Assembly (NCBI GenBank): GCA_010909165.1 | Contig: VJWM01000227.1 | Span: forward strand, 1-64,000 | DNA length: 64,000 nt | Reading direction: 5' to 3' | Source: Anthoceros angustus | Lineage: Eukaryota > Plantae > Anthocerotophyta | In this document: positions 46,297-64,000 of the stretch, in pieces | Numbering within the stretch: the first letter of the stretch is position 1 | Layout: every line of letters starts with the position of its first letter | Position numbers and translations under genes: made by a program | The notes under the pieces: model-generated | Told to the model about the DNA's origin: nothing | The model's input: the letters and a program-made list of their open reading frames with translations, nothing else | Databases searched by the model: none

Positions 46297-47738
46297 CTAC
46301 TCATGTTTGTACATATGTACATATCTCACTACGAGCCCCTGCCCCCCAGACGACCGTCGACCCGGAAGTGGTCTCCCGCCTTGCCACTCTTTGAACGCTG
46401 TCGCTCTCGCAGCAGGCGTTCTTGCCGCTGCTCTGCGCTTCGTTGCGCTTCGTTGCGCTGCCCGATCGTGAAACGGATTCGCCTTCTGGATCGCGGGATC
46501 CCGGCGGCCGCTCTTGCGCACCCCTTGCCCGTGCCGGATTGTCACGATCGGGAGCAGCGCGGCTGGGAGCGTCCAATTCTGGTGATTCTGGAGACGATCC
46601 GGCGGGGTGGCCAGGTTTCAGCTGCACCACGTCCTGCGGCTCCGGGATTTGCCTACATTGGGATTGCTGCTGTAGCCAGGCAAGTGGATTTCGGAGGAGG
46701 TTTGGGATGGGATGGGGTGGATAGAAGAATTTCCTGCTGGAACGGCGGTCTGGATTCTTGTGTGTGCGCAGGAGGATCGTGCTGAGGTTTTCCACGGTTT
46801 CGAGTCTGTGCGTTAGTCTAGGATGCTCGCCTTTGAGGAGCGTGGGAGGAATTGTTCGGTCTTGCGGTTTCTAGATTTCTTGCTCCGCGCTGCTCCTGCA
46901 GCGGAGCCAGCTCCATGCCTGGAGCTGGCGCATTCCTTCTCCTTCTAAATCTAAATCTTTAGAGTCTCGGAATGTCGGTGGAATGCGACTTGTGACGGTT
47001 TTCTCTTTTTTTCTTTCCCCTCGGCCGCTTTTGGTGGTTTTCTGGTGTGGATTGCTTTGGCACCAGTGCTGCAACGCGTTGCACCGCTGTCGTTCGTTTT
47101 TCAGAAAGGCTTTCTGTGTCCGCAGCAGCAGCAATACGCTGTTGTCGGTCCGGGTGGAGGTGAACGGGTTGGCTGTTTCTGAAAGCAGCTTGGTCTTCGG
47201 CAAAAAACGTTTCTGCGATGGTGAGGATGATGGACTACCCCAGGCGTGCTACCTGTTGATGGATTTTATTGGAGGAGTCCTGAGCTCCCTTGGAAAACAG
47301 CGGATGGTTCTTGTCAGTCTGGCTGGACCGAGGGCTCGATGAACAGGAGGATGTGGATTTGGCTTGAGCTTGATTGCTTGGATAGGTGTAGCATAGTGAG
47401 AACCTGCCTACCGCTCCTCATTGTGCACTGGGATTACAAGGTTTAGTGAGGCTTCTGCGTGGGGATTAAGCAGTCTATTGGTAGGCGGCATTGCCACATG
47501 GCACATGTCCATCGTGGCCCGAGTTTTTAGGTTATCAGAAGGATCAGCTTCCTTAACACCGGAGACTAGTTCGACCGGGCCATCTTCCTAGCACCTTAGG
47601 GGTTGTTCACACTTCGACAGTCTGTGTGATGAGAGTGCCAACAGGATATCTTGTGAGGCTAATTTGCTTTCCTCTCCTGGATCTGTACAGGATTTGTCTT
47701 TCAAACCGGACAAAGGTGTCATCAGCTTCGTCATTCAG

Positions 47739-49395
47739 ATGTTGAACTTGAAGATTCTTGGAATCTGGAGACATAAAAGAAGAAGGGTGAAGTTTGTAGA
47801 GGATACAATATGTGAGACTTCTGATCTCTCTTCCTGCTAGTGAAATCTTACTCTTCAGAGGTGTTGCTGGAGTGGGTTACATTTCTGAAAGTCATCCGAC
47901 TTTCGGGGTATGGTGTGCAGGGATGCAGAACAAGTCCTCCGATGTGTGGCAGTTCATACCGATCATGAGGCCCTTACCTGTGGTGGCACATATCTTCACA
48001 CTGAGGGAGATGCAGGAAGCCACCGACTACTTCAGCATGGATAACCTTCTAGGCGAGGGAGGGTTCGGTCGTGTTTACCGTGGAGTTCTCGGCAACAGCG
48101 GCAAGGTTTGTCAACTGTTGCCACACATGCTCTTCGTTCTTTTTCCTGAAAAGTCAGAAGTTGTTCTAGAGATGTTGTCAGGGGACCACTTCTGATGCCG
48201 AATGACTGCCAGGTTGTGGCTATCAAGCAAATGGATCCTGCACCAAGCAGAGGATCTCAAGGAGAGCGGGAGTTCAGGGTGGAAGTTGATATTCTGAGCA
48301 GGCTGAATCATCCCAACCTGGTGCAGCTCATCGGCTACTGCGCTGACAGCTCGCAAAGGATGCTGGTTTATGAGTTCATGCCAAACGGAAATCTTCAGGA
48401 GCATTTGCACGGTAAAGACCTCCTCCCAGATAGTCAGTAGTCGCGAAAGCCTCAGAACTACGTAAAAGCTGGTTCCTATCGTGCAGTATGGCTGTCCTTT
48501 GTGACACAGCAGTTTTGTTTGGCAGGGATTGTTAGGGTAAAAATGGACTGGGTAATGCGTGTGCGGATAGCTCTTGGGGCAGCAAGGGCACTCGAACACT
48601 TGCATGCAGGGCCTGGTACTGGTAATCCAGTGATTCATCGTGATTTCAAATCGAGCAACATTCTGCTGGACGAGAAATTCCAAGCCAAGGTAAGCTTTGA
48701 GATAAAGTGGAATTCTCGCCATTGCCAGTGGTGTTCTCTCTGAGGCAGTGAATGTCCACAGGTGTCAGACTTTGGCTTAGCGAAGCTTGTACCGTTTGGG
48801 AACAAGATGTACGTCTCCACAAGGGTTCTCGGCACATTTGGCTACTTCGATCCTCAGTACACTGCTGTAAGGGTCAGGTCCATTTGGACGAATGCTGGTG
48901 GAGTAGTGGGCCTTCTCTAACTGTTGAAGGGCATTGGTGTACATGCAGACTGGGAGGCTCACCCTCAAGAGTGACGTATACGGTTTCGGGGTCGTACTGT
49001 TGGAGCTTTTGACGGGTAGAAAGGCTGTCGATCTGACGTCTCAGAATCTGAGAAAGCAGAACCTCGTGTCTCAGGTATATACGCGAACCTTATCCAGTTC
49101 CCAGGACGAACTGCAAGGGGTGATCTGTTGCGAAAAAGGGGTATGTAGCTTGTTGACTTTGGTTTTCACGCAGGTCCGACAGTCTCTGCGAGACAAGCGT
49201 AAGTTAAGAAAGGTTGTTGATGCGGAGATCGACATAGATGCGTACTTGGTGGAGTCCATCAGAAGGTATGCGTTTCTGGCCTCAACGTGTGTAAGGGATG
49301 ATCCCGATAGAAGGCCCACAATGAGAGAGTGTGCGAGGGAATTGGAACAGATTTACATCATCGCAGTGAGCGATGCAGAGCATGTGGTGCGGTGA
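47739..49395 (+). CDS. Receptor-like cytoplasmic kinase, PBL28-like, 7 exons
   Basis: IWRHKRRR N-terminus, [10 protein letters not shown]...[78 protein letters not shown]. Confidence 0.93.
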
Positions 49396-50352
49396 CAGTG
49401 CGCAGGCAGCTACTGTAGCTCCCATCCTCTTGGAAACTGAGCAAGCACATATCCGGAATACGAGCTTGGACACATATTGGGTTGTCCAACTGCTCCTGTA
49501 TCTTAGTGGATATGCAGGCCAGAGTAGGGTAGGTACAAGGTCCATTTCTTTCCTTCTGGGAAAGAGGTGGGATTTTGCTAGTATAGACTATACCGTAAAC
49601 AGATTTTATTTTATGTATATACAGCCGAAAACATGAGATCTAAGTTACGACCACGTAATGTCGCGGGCTTCCTCTGTACCAGTGAGCTCCGTGTTTTTTG
49701 TGTCGTACGGAGAAATTTTGGGCTTCATATTAAGGACACAGGATAATGAGCCCAACGCATGAGCAAACACTGATAAAACCCATCCAAGCATGATAAAATC
49801 CATCCAAGCACTGATTCGTTTGAAAGACGCTTAACAGTACAGTTCCTCTTTTTCTAGGGAATTCCAAAACTTTATTGATATCTGAAAGTACATAGATATC
49901 TGAAAGGATAGATCCACCCCGTCTAGGGCACTCACAAACTGGCGGCCCGCACGCTCCGAAGAGAGCATGATGTTTATAACAGGTAGCCTCGTAGGGCCTT
50001 GAAGGTGGGATGGATGGCACCACATCCAAGCACTAATGAATCCGAAAGACGCGGAACGGTGCGTTCCAAAGAACTCATGTCACTCCGTCATGTAGAGTTC
50101 CAATGAACTCGTCACTCGTTGAAGGCAGGACAAAAGTGCCGTTTTCACGACGGAGAGGAATTTTGATGGGGTCAGGGAAAGAGGGAAATTGGTGGCGACT
50201 GCTGACGAACAGGCTGGCCAACTGGCCTGCAATGAAGGGATGGATGTGTTTGACACGTGTACGAGCAGCATGTTGCCGGAGCCCGGGCTATGTACATCGG
50301 CTGGGCTCATCCAAATGCAGGCGTCCCGCATTGCACAGTGTCGGCGGGAGGC

Positions 50353-52139
50353 ATGGCTTCCGGGTTAGGATCCAGCTTCAAGCTGCGACCGGCTGCTTTT
50401 CCAGCCACCGGTGTAGATGATGTGTCCCGCTCCAAGAGCCCAAATTGGGGCGGCGGTTGGAGACGCCCGGATCGACTGCGCATGCCGCGGAATGCGAGCG
50501 TGAGATTGCGAGCAGCTTCGTGTAGCCAGCAGGTTGAAGAGCAACTAGGACAATGCGACACCCAGAGCCAGAGCCAGAGCCAGAGGAGGGCTGGTTGCAT
50601 CAGCAGGAGAAGTGTGCTGGGCCTGTCCGCTCTCTCCGTCCAGCCAGTGCTTGTGTTGAGCTCGCGCGCCGACTCTGGTTTCAACGGTACAGTATGCTTG
50701 CCGTCCCTCTTCTGCTGTGTCATCCTGCCTGTCTTCAGTCTGCCTGTGCCCGTGCCTCTGCCTGCGAGAACCAATGCGCATGCAATGTGCTTCCCCCTCT
50801 TGAATCGCAGTCTTGCCGTTAGAGAACAATATGCATGTTGCATTCCAGGCCTCGGTGTTTGGTTTTTATTAGGTCTTGATGTTGGAGCCCTGGCTGGCAC
50901 TGGCACGCAGAGTCTCAGCAGGTTTACCAGGCTTTCTTAGAGAGGATTAAGGAGCGGCTGAAGCTGAAGAAACCTGCCGCAGCTCCTCCGGCACCTGTAC
51001 TCGAGGCGCCCCCTGAAGAGCCTGTCACTCCTGACGTACAAGATACCACACCTGTTGAACCTGCGGCTGTTGCATCGGATCCTGAAGGCAGTACTGGAAA
51101 GGAAACTGAGGAAGCTGTTGCCGCGGCTGACAAAACCGAGCCCGAAGAAGTCACGCCCGCCGAGGAGCCGAGCACTGCTTCAGCTGAGCCCACGAGATCT
51201 TCTGCGGACGAGGCTGCCTCAGCTGAGGCTGAAACACCTGCTGCTGCACAGGAATCCGCCACAGTTGAGGCTGAGACGGCTGCTGCTGCAGAGGAATCTG
51301 CCTCAGCTGAGGCTGAAACACCTGCTGCTGCACAGGACTCCGCCACAGTTGAGGCTGAGACGGGTGCTGCTGCAGAGGAATCTGCCTCAGCTGAGGCTGA
51401 AACACCTGCTGCTGCACAGGACTCCGCCACAGCTGAGGCTGAGACGGCTGCTGCTGCAGAGGAATCTGCCTCAGCTGAGGCTGAAACACCTGCTGCTGCA
51501 CAGGAATCCGCCTCAGCTGAGGCTGAGTCCGAAACACCTGCTGCTGCACAGGAATCCGCCTCAGCGGAGGCTGAAACGCCTGCTGCTACTCAGGAATCCG
51601 CTTCAGCTGAGTCTGAGTCCGAAACACCTGCTGCTGCACAGGAATCCGCCTCAGCGGAGGCTGAAACGCCTGCTGCTGCACAGGAATCCGCCTCAGCTGA
51701 GGCTGAGATATCTGGAGTGCAGGAATCCGCCTCAGCTGAGGCTGAGATATCTGGAGTGCAGGAATCCGCCTCAGCTGAGGCTGACACTCCTGCCGCTGGA
51801 GAGTCTGCTTCCGCGGAGGCAGAAGTCACTCCTGCTGTGGAGGAATCCGCCTCAGCCGTGTCGGAGGCAGAAATTTCTGCCGCGGAGGAATCTGCTTCAG
51901 CCGAGGGTGCCGGACCAGCTGCAGTGGAGTCTGCTGCTTCAGCCGAGACTGATGATCCAACTCCTGGTATAGCACAAGCGGCGCCGGACTCAGAGACTCA
52001 AGACTCAGCAGGCCCTGGAGCTCCAGAAGACGTGCCCTCCACCATCCCCGTTCCCGCAGCAGAGGCTCCGAGTGACGTGGCCAAGAAAGTAGAAGAAGCT
52101 GCGGATGCCCTGCCCTCTCTTCCGACACTGCTGCCATGA
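50353..52139 (+). CDS. Putative plastid/thylakoid-lumen-targeted acidic Ala/Glu/Ser-rich repeat protein, 2 exons
   Basis: Transit-peptide-like MASGLGSSFKLRPAAF..., twin-Arg signal ISRRSVLGLSALSVQPVLVLSSRA|D. Intron ~50687-50909 gives in-frame NESQQVYQAFLERIKERLK, followed by ~15 copies of a ~14-aa unit SAEAETPAAAQESA. Confidence 0.75.
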
Positions 52140-52821
52140 TTTCATCAGCGGAGGTATGCTCTAGCAGTGCTGTAGGCTTGTGAAAGCGTTTCGATTGGGT
52201 CAAGTAATGTTAAAATGCGAGAGCTGTCCGTGTTCCATGCATGCATTTGGGGGAACGGTTAAAGCCACCAGAAAAGAAATTTGTTTTTTTTGCGGAACCA
52301 CCAGAAAAGAAATAGTACCTAGTCACGAACCGAGTCGCCTATAAATAATTGTGACTTACCGGTCGTGATGGCACTTGGGAGCACTGCTCTTCCTCCTGGT
52401 TGGCGGTTGGCCTTGCTGCTCTAGTGAAGTGAGATATTCGATCGAGCAGGCCGCCGGAGGCCATAAACAACACACACCACTTCCCCGATGTTATCCGTCC
52501 GACTGGACACTGGACTAGGCCCATGGGCTGGAAATCGATCTGGGAATTCCACCTGTTGCCATTCGCCGACGTGGAGCTCATACCAAGGTATTAAACTTCG
52601 CCTGCTGCGCACTTTGTAGCAAGTGAAGGAGCACCGCTTACGGTAACGGAGGGGGATCCCGTTGGCTACGATGTGACTGCCCAATCCAGGCAATTTGGAT
52701 GCGGCTCACCGGCGGGATTGTCGTGCGCAGAAGGCACCTGGTGTGCAGGCGTGGGTTTTGAGCCTTTGCGGAGGATTTATGGTCCAGTCTGCTGGAGGGG
52801 AGGGGCATTAAGTTGAGGAAA

Positions 52822-57414
<4,593 letters not shown>

Positions 57415-57715
57415 GTTGTCAGCGAAATGTAAGTTAGCTATCTGTGACAGTGTGTGCCCATTCATCTTCATCGCCGATGCTGTCGTCTTATTAGGTAGTC
57501 TTTATTATTTATCGACCCGCCTTCCTAATTAACGTTGAAAACGCATACAGCATTTAGTTTATGGTTGAGACTAATATTCGATGGTCGTCAGCCCCCAACT
57601 TCGTCCAAGAAATCGCCTCTAAGAACGAGATACAAATTGCTCCCAATTATCATTATTCCAATCCCAATACAATAGGATCAGAGTTCTATCCCGTTATTCC
57701 ATGGCAATGTACTCG

Positions 57716-58036
57716 GCGCATAAGGCATGCTTTCAGCACACCAACGTCCTCAGCGCATAAGGCATGCTTTCAGCACATCAACGTCCTCAGCGCATAAGGC
57801 ATGCTTTCAGCACACCAATTTCTTCTGTTTTAAGCACTCTAATTTTGTTCGCACAAAAACATGCTTTGAGAACTCTATTTTTTTTTTTTCTCCTGGACTC
57901 CGCGTCCGAGGAGAATGAGGTTACCATGTCCGAGGAGAATGAGGTTACCATGTCCGAGGAGAATGAGGTTACCATGACTGACCGAGGAGAATGAGGTTAC
58001 CATGACTGACCGAGGAGAATGAGGTTACCATGACTG
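57716..58036. repeat. Two short tandem arrays (37-bp x ~3; 24/28-bp x 5)
   Basis: gcgcataaggcatgctttcagcacaccaacgtcctca repeats at 57716-57815; ccgaggagaatgaggttaccatg(t/actga) repeats at 57905-58036. Confidence 0.9.
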
Positions 58037-58055
58037 AGCTCAGAACGATTGGATA

Positions 58056-58280
58056 GACGGTGCTGAGGATTGAACCCGGGATAGGCAAGAATACTTACAA
58101 CAACAATAAATTGTCCATTAAGGACGAACATGCTGCTGTGGGACTTGGTACTCCAAGCTACTTGCTCCATAGATTGAACTAGGCTACTAGCACTAGAGGC
58201 ATTTCTCTTTAGGTAGAGCGCTTAACTAAAACGTTCTTAATGTATGTGTGTCCATTTGGCCTAAGCCATTTGGACGACAA
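58056..58280 (-). mobile_element. tRNA-derived SINE-like remnant
   Basis: Minus-strand cccgggttcaatcctcagcaccgtc (T-arm/B-box like) at 58056-58080; 58216-58262 resembles 13366-13412. No complete cloverleaf. Confidence 0.4.
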
Positions 58281-58429
58281 CAACAACACATACACAATGA
58301 CACAATCTCTAACTAGTAATAACTTTTTTGTGTTGTTTTGATGTTAGATTATTTTCTGTTCTACTTTTGACATGAGATGGCCACCTACACATACGTTTGT
58401 GGACGGTATGTGTGGCAGCCTACACTTGG

Positions 58430-58832
58430 GTGGCGTAGCTTGGAAGTCTCAAGTTGGATGACATCAGGCTATAATATGTTCTTGTTTTTACACTTTGGAG
58501 GTGTAGCTTGCAAGTCTCACGTTGGATGACATCAGGCTATAGTACGTTCCTCTTTTTACAGTTTGGTGGCATAGCTTGCAAGTCTCAAGATGGATGATAT
58601 CCGGCTATAATATGTTCCTGTTTCATTGGTTCAATGCTGGAACGATGCACGTGGATGTGACACCATGGATTAGGCATTTAGGCAAGTCTCAAGATGGATG
58701 ACATCAGGCTATAATCTGTTCATGTTTCATTGGTTCAATGCTGCAACGATGCATGTGGTTGTGACACTATGGATTAGGCATCTGAATGAGACCAGTGCTA
58801 GGAAACTTAATGAGACCAGTGCTAGGAAACTT
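58430..58832. repeat. Degenerate tandem repeats
   Basis: caagtctcaag.tggatgacatcaggctataat.tgttc occurs four times; aatgagaccagtgctaggaaactt occurs twice. Confidence 0.8.
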
Positions 58833-59504
58833 TGACAGTGGATTGTAGCTATTACGGGGAGAGGAGAGAGGCATTCACATCCTCGTATACCTAGGCACCT
58901 CGCCTAGATGCACCTCGCTTCTCTGCCATTGCCACAATTGAGTAAATCATAAACAAATGGCCTGGTTTCCAATTGGGGGAACTAGCCTCATGCCAAGAAA
59001 CTCGTTGTGACAAAGCATGGTATGACGGACTGGGAGCATAAGATCTGTTACTTGAATCTCTTTATTGCGTAGAATGGTAGTGCTCCTTAGATCTTAGAGA
59101 CTTGAGGAGTCTATTGAAGAGACACAAATGTTCAACATGGGTCATGACCTACGTTTCTATATACGTGGACGGTCTGCAGCTTTATCTAGACGTGTTCACA
59201 CCGCTCACACAAGGAGGCCGGAAGTTGGACAGTTGGACTCAACATGTCAGTATCAGAGTTATCATGGTACCCCTATGCTCACACATTGAGGCCTGGATGT
59301 TGGACAGTTGGACTCAATATGTCAGTATCAGAGTTATCATGTTAATAGAGGTAATATTCTGTAGGCAAAGCAAGACGTGTATCTTACAGGCGCAAAGTGC
59401 GCACATTTGGACACGGTTCCGAAACAACAAGCTACCGGATCGAAAGACAAACCTCGACTTCCTCCAGCTATCCCTGTACAAAGGGACTTATGGAAACCAA
59501 GCGA

Positions 59505-60068
59505 TCAAGCATGCAGAGAATTCCTTACATAAGCAGCACTTCGCCGCTCATTCTCCTTGCAGTGGCTACACATTGTGGCAGGCTGGAACCCTTGCTTACA
59601 GCAATACTGGCAGCTCACAGTGTCCAATTCAATCAACTTCCCTTTGCTCGACGCAAACGCTATCATCATCGGCACATAAGTTTCCTTCAACTTCCGGAGC
59701 AGCGACAGCGGCGATGAGCCTAAGGATATCTTCACCCTTGGTCGTTTACACTTGATCCTCCATGCCGCCTTCTTCTTCACCGTCCCCCCGGGGCCCGCAC
59801 CATCTTTCGGACTCCTCAGCTTCAGAAAATTGTTTGTGCTGGACCTTTGAGCAATCCTCCTGGATCTGGCCTCGCTGCTGGTCGAAGCTCTGCGCTTGAG
59901 GAATTGGCCGATGCTGCTTATCAGAGCGCTGAGCCTGCCTGTTGCTCCAGGACTTCTGCGGCTGCGCCTGCCTGCACTGCCTGTCGAGTTCCCACAGGAA
60001 AGCTCCCGAGGAGGCGAGCCGAACTCCAAATTTCCTGGCTGGAGCGTGCTGAAGCCGCTCCTCTGCAT
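59505..60068 (-). CDS. Small basic plant-type uncharacterised protein (Arg-rich, SP-LLRKL motif)
   Basis: FLKLRS...AAWRIKCKRPRVKISLGSSPLSLLRKLKETYVPMMIAFAS; same motif layout as 22305-22757. Confidence 0.65.
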   Translation of the reverse strand: MQRSGFSTLQPGNLEFGSPPRELSCGNSTGSAGRRSRRSPGATGRLSALISSIGQFLKRRASTSSEARSRRIAQRSSTNNFLKLRSPKDGAGPGGTVKKKAAWRIKCKRPRVKISLGSSPLSLLRKLKETYVPMMIAFASSKGKLIELDTVSCQYCCKQGFQPATMCSHCKENERRSAAYVRNSLHA

Positions 60069-60792
60069 GTTTGTCGATCACTCGATCTCAGGCTGCCGCA
60101 ATCATGAAGCTCCCCCGCACCCGCAGCTCCGACAGCGAGTGAGCAAGAAACGCGACCGGAAGATGACAAGAGTTCCCTCTGAATCAGCATTGTTCCGTAA
60201 CCCTGTCAGGATCATTCACCAAGCCTGAGATTCCTCGCTCAGGCGGCAACCAATCAATCCCTCTACCGCGCCGTCCCGATCGTGATGTCCAGCGGCAAGC
60301 ACTTCCAGGCTCCGACGACAGGAGTCAGGCCGGAGTACTCTTGTGCTCTCGCCATCTATCACGTGAACGGAGCGGAGCGTTTTCACGCGTGACCGCTTAG
60401 TGAAGTGGAGTTCAAGCTAAGCGTAACTTCTTAGCGGGAGAAGTGAAGCAAAGCAGGCTTCAGCCGAGCGCCTTGACACGGAACCCTCGTGGCCGCGTCT
60501 TTGCTTCCGAGTTGTTCGAATTGGTCATTACGAGGAGCTGGAAGGTCGGGCTTCTGTCAGATGCGGTTACGATTGTTCTGTGCAGGCGCATCCGGAGTTG
60601 GCAGAAATGGTGGAGGTGTCAACTTTATCCATGGATCAAATTTACTGGTTTTGTGGGCTGTTGGGTCGACGGTCAGTGCCTCCCCCACACTCGATTTCGG
60701 AGAAGCTTGTCCAGAATGCAGCTCTGGTCTTGAAGTCGGCATTCAGAGAGCAGTGTATTGAAAATGTGAGTCTGCTGTTGTGCTCTGAAGAC

Positions 60793-62277
60793 ATGGCAGG
60801 CTGGGGCAATGCTGTGGCGTTTGGGAAATGTGTTGTCTTTGTGTTGCTGCTGATCAGTGAAAGCAGTAGTGCGCTTGGTGCACCACTGTTTCCCGCCTGT
60901 TTTGTGTTTGGGGATTCTCTGGCGGATCCAGGGAACAACAATTTCCTGCCCCTGTCGCTCTCCAAGGCTAACTTCCCCTACAATGGAATGGATTTTCCAG
61001 GGGGCCAGCCTACAGGCCGTTTTTGTAATGGCCGCACTGTCGTGGATGTGCTAAGTGAGATTACTTTGTGGTGATTGCAGTAACCTCCATTGGTGTACTT
61101 GCTCTAACAGAAAGGTTTTTACTTTGTCTGGTGTGCCTTGAACTTGCAGCCCAGCTCATTGGTTTCCAGAAGTTCTTGCCCGCATACCTGGACCCTTCAA
61201 CTACGGGAACCCAGCTGCTGCAAGGTGTGAACTACGCATCAGGTGCTGGAGGGATTCTCAACTCCACTGGAGCAAATTTTGTGAGTTATCTTCAAGTTGG
61301 GTTTGTGCATGTTGTTTCAAAGGAAATACTGGGGAGTGAAGTGTTGAAGGCGTTGCTGCCTGTCCGCAGATCCAACGGCTTTCGTTGGAAACTCAGATGC
61401 TATACTTTGAGGAAACGGTTGCCAGGATCAGAGCTCTGGTCGGAAGCTCAAAGCAGGAGCAGCTTGTACAACGGGCCCTATTTGTGCTGGTGATAGGCAG
61501 TAATGACTACGTCAACAACTACTTGCTGAGTGACAGTGCCACTAAGTCTGAATACCCGGATAGTCATGACTACCGTCGGCTTCTTATCACATCTTTCCAT
61601 GCCCATCTCACTGTAAGTGGCTTCCCAAAACTGTACCAATTCTACCCCCATATCTGTGCCGCCTCTAAAGCTTTAGTTCACTCTTGCAGAAACTGTATAG
61701 CTTGGGAGCACGGAAGGTGGTGGTAACCGGGATAGGGCCACTTGGTTGCATACCACAGCAGCTAGCCAACTACATCCTGAGCGGTCTGGCTGCACCTCTT
61801 GGCGAGCCTTGCATCAGCACGGTCAACAAGATGGTGACGGACTACAATTCCGCCTTGCAGGCCATGTTGACAGCTCTGAACGCCCAGCTACTCAACGCCT
61901 CGTTTGTGTACGCAGACTCTTACAACACTGTGCTCCGTATAGTCCAAGACCCTTCATCCCACGGTACTTTCGTCTACCTGGCTGTAAGTAGTCAGGTTCA
62001 GGCTCTCAAGGTGCAGGGCAGAGATGACAGGTGTTTTCGTGTTTCAATAGGCTTGCAGGTCATCAACCGGGGATGCTGTGGAGGAGGCCCTTTGAACGGA
62101 GTCCTCCCCTGCGACGAGTACTTGGGTGCCAGCTTGTGCGACCAGCGATCCAAGTTCCTGTTCTGGGACGCCTTCCATCCCTCTGACGCTGCCAATGTTA
62201 TCATGGGCACGGGCTTGTTCAATGGCACCGACCAGGATGTGAGGCCCATCAATGTGCAGCAGCTTGCCCGTGTGTGA
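60793..62277 (+). CDS. GDSL esterase/lipase, multi-exon
   Basis: Signal peptide, FVFGDSLADPGNNN, PTGRFCNGR, GVNYASGAGGIL, IGSNDYVNNY, GIGPLGCIP, FLFWDAFHPS. Confidence 0.95.
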
Positions 62278-63033
62278 AAACCCTTGAATCTTTTTACGCA
62301 GGTCTTGACCTGGGAGAACTGCAGCTGATCCCCCTGCATTCCCCTTACTCATGAGAACTTGTCTCAAGACTCGGATTGAATCTGGAGCATGATGGGCTCT
62401 GAGCATTATTGTACCGAAGTCAAGCCAAGGAGCGAAAGTTTGGCCATACAGAGGATGCATGACATTGCATCTGAAAAGGGAAAAGAAGCAAAGTATGTAC
62501 TGTTGAGGTCGCGGTTTAAATGTGAAAGTCCGGGTATGAAAATTTTGAACACCTTCGGATTTGTACATATCGGCTACGGCTTGCTTGTCCATGACGCTCT
62601 GAATAAACTGATCTGACGTTGTTACAAATTAAGAAGAGCAAAGCCGTGTACAAGGTACATGCAGCTAAGAGCGTGAAGCATCGATGAATTGAATGGCATG
62701 TTGCTTTCCGCCATTACTCCACGTCAGCCAGTGCATAGGGAACTCGCCTGGCCTGCCGCTCTCTTTAACTTTACGCAGGCTGGAAACAGCCAACCTGCGC
62801 CTCCTTCAAATCCCCTCCCTCTCAGACCTGTTCGTGCATTTTCCAATTTCCCACCCTCAGACTGCAAATGCCTCCATCTTCCAGGGCGAGCTGCTGCTTC
62901 ACATTGCTCCCGCCTGCTGGATCGTGTGATGAGTGATGAGAATGCTCCTGCAGGAGGTTCCCAGTAGTACTGACGTCGAGTGAGGGAAGGAATTGGAGGA
63001 TTCCCTCAACCAGTACTATTGTAACCAAGATTA

Positions 63034-64000
63034 ATGGACTGCCCAAGAGCAAGACCCCCGCGTGAGCTGGTGCTGCTGCTGTGGCTGCTGATGCTCCTTC
63101 TGGACAATGCGGGGACACATGCAGCTCCCCTGGTGCCGGCCTTGTACATTCTGGGCGACTCCCTGGTGGATCCAGGCAACAACAACTACATCCCTCTGGC
63201 GCTGGCCAAGGCCAACTTCCCCTACAACGGCATCGACTTCCCACAGGGCTTCACTGGCCGCTTCTGTAACGGACGCACCACTTTCGACATCGTCTGTAAG
63301 TGCACTAGTGGGATCATGGATTGGCTCTTCCCAGACAGTCTCCCAGTTCTTCCTTAACAGATTGTGTGGCTTGTCCAGCGAGTCTCCTGGGTTTCTCGAG
63401 ATACCCACCAGCCTATCTGGATCCTGCGGTGCAAGAAGGCAACGACCTCCTGCAAGGCGTGAATTTCGCATCTGCAGCAGCTGGAATTCTCGACTCCACC
63501 GGACTCAACTACGTATGCAAATCTCACACCTCAAAACTCAGACTGCGCAGGCCTGGTCTTTCTGGGAATAAACTATTCTATGCAATGCAATCTCTTCTGC
63601 TGGGCGAATCCTTCCTTCTGATTAATCTGGTACTAATCCTGGTTGCACGCACTGCAGGCTGAGCGGGTGCCTCTCAACATGCAGCTACACTATCTGGAAC
63701 ACGACACGCTTCCGACTCTCTTGAACGATTACTTCGACGGCGACCAGGCGCAGTTCCAAGCGTACCTGGCCAAGTCCTTGTGGACAATCGTGGTCGGCAG
63801 CAACGACTACATCAACAACTACCTGCTGGCCAAGAGCCCTTTGCGCGCCCTCTCTCCGCAATCTTACCAGCAGCTCCTCGTCACCTCCTTCCACACCCAA
63901 CTGGAGGTACCCATCACCATCTCTTCAATCTCCAACATTTCAGTCTTCTTCTTGCAGCGTCTGTCCGCTCATCATTGGACCGGGTGTGTGTGTGTGATGC
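63034..64000 (+). CDS. GDSL esterase/lipase, tandem paralogue, runs off the window end
   Basis: Signal peptide, YILGDSLVDPGNNN, FTGRFCNGR, GVNFASAAAGIL, VGSNDYINNY. Confidence 0.93.

Noticed and set aside
46300-47738. GC-rich ORFs upstream of the PBL28-like kinase
   Set aside because: No domain similarity; the composition fits a long intron-containing 5' UTR and promoter.
51055-51972. 305-aa Leu/Arg-rich ORF and antisense Gln-rich ORFs
   Set aside because: These are alternative-frame shadows of the repeat exon of the 50353-52139 gene.
58056-58085. Functional tRNA gene
   Set aside because: Only a T-arm/B-box-like 3' half is visible; no D-arm or anticodon arm could be folded.

Overview
Eukaryotic land-plant nuclear DNA, gene-dense with short (about 60-200 bp) GT-AG introns. 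The compact style suggests a lycophyte such as Selaginella; this is an inference. The left arm holds a decayed LRR-malectin receptor kinase broken by a PPR fragment, an NPF/PTR transporter, eEF2, a CYP86-clan P450, a FIST-like + Lon N-terminal domain gene and a small Arg-rich protein gene. A ~21 kb nested transposon island spans ~24.8-46.3 kb and contains two broken Ty1/copia elements, minisatellites and a hairpin. It also contains a 4.5-kb TIR element (32041-36555; 25-bp TIRs AACAgCGTCTCTCAGCATTGGGGTT, 4-bp TSD CTCC) inserted into a copia RT gene. This element has no recognisable transposase but carries a bacterial-type beta-class amino (N4-C/N6-A) DNA methyltransferase-like ORF and a cluster of CCGGACGTCCGG palindromes. 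A second terminus of the same family at 28168 leads into different cargo, including fragments of a stand-alone Cullin N-terminal-like gene whose intact-looking copy lies at 43780-44817. The right arm holds a PBL28-like kinase, a plastid/thylakoid-targeted acidic repeat protein, F2KP, a second Arg-rich protein gene and two GDSL lipases. Many single-base homopolymer deletions (clearest in eEF2) suggest an unpolished long-read assembly, so frameshift-based pseudogene calls are tentative.
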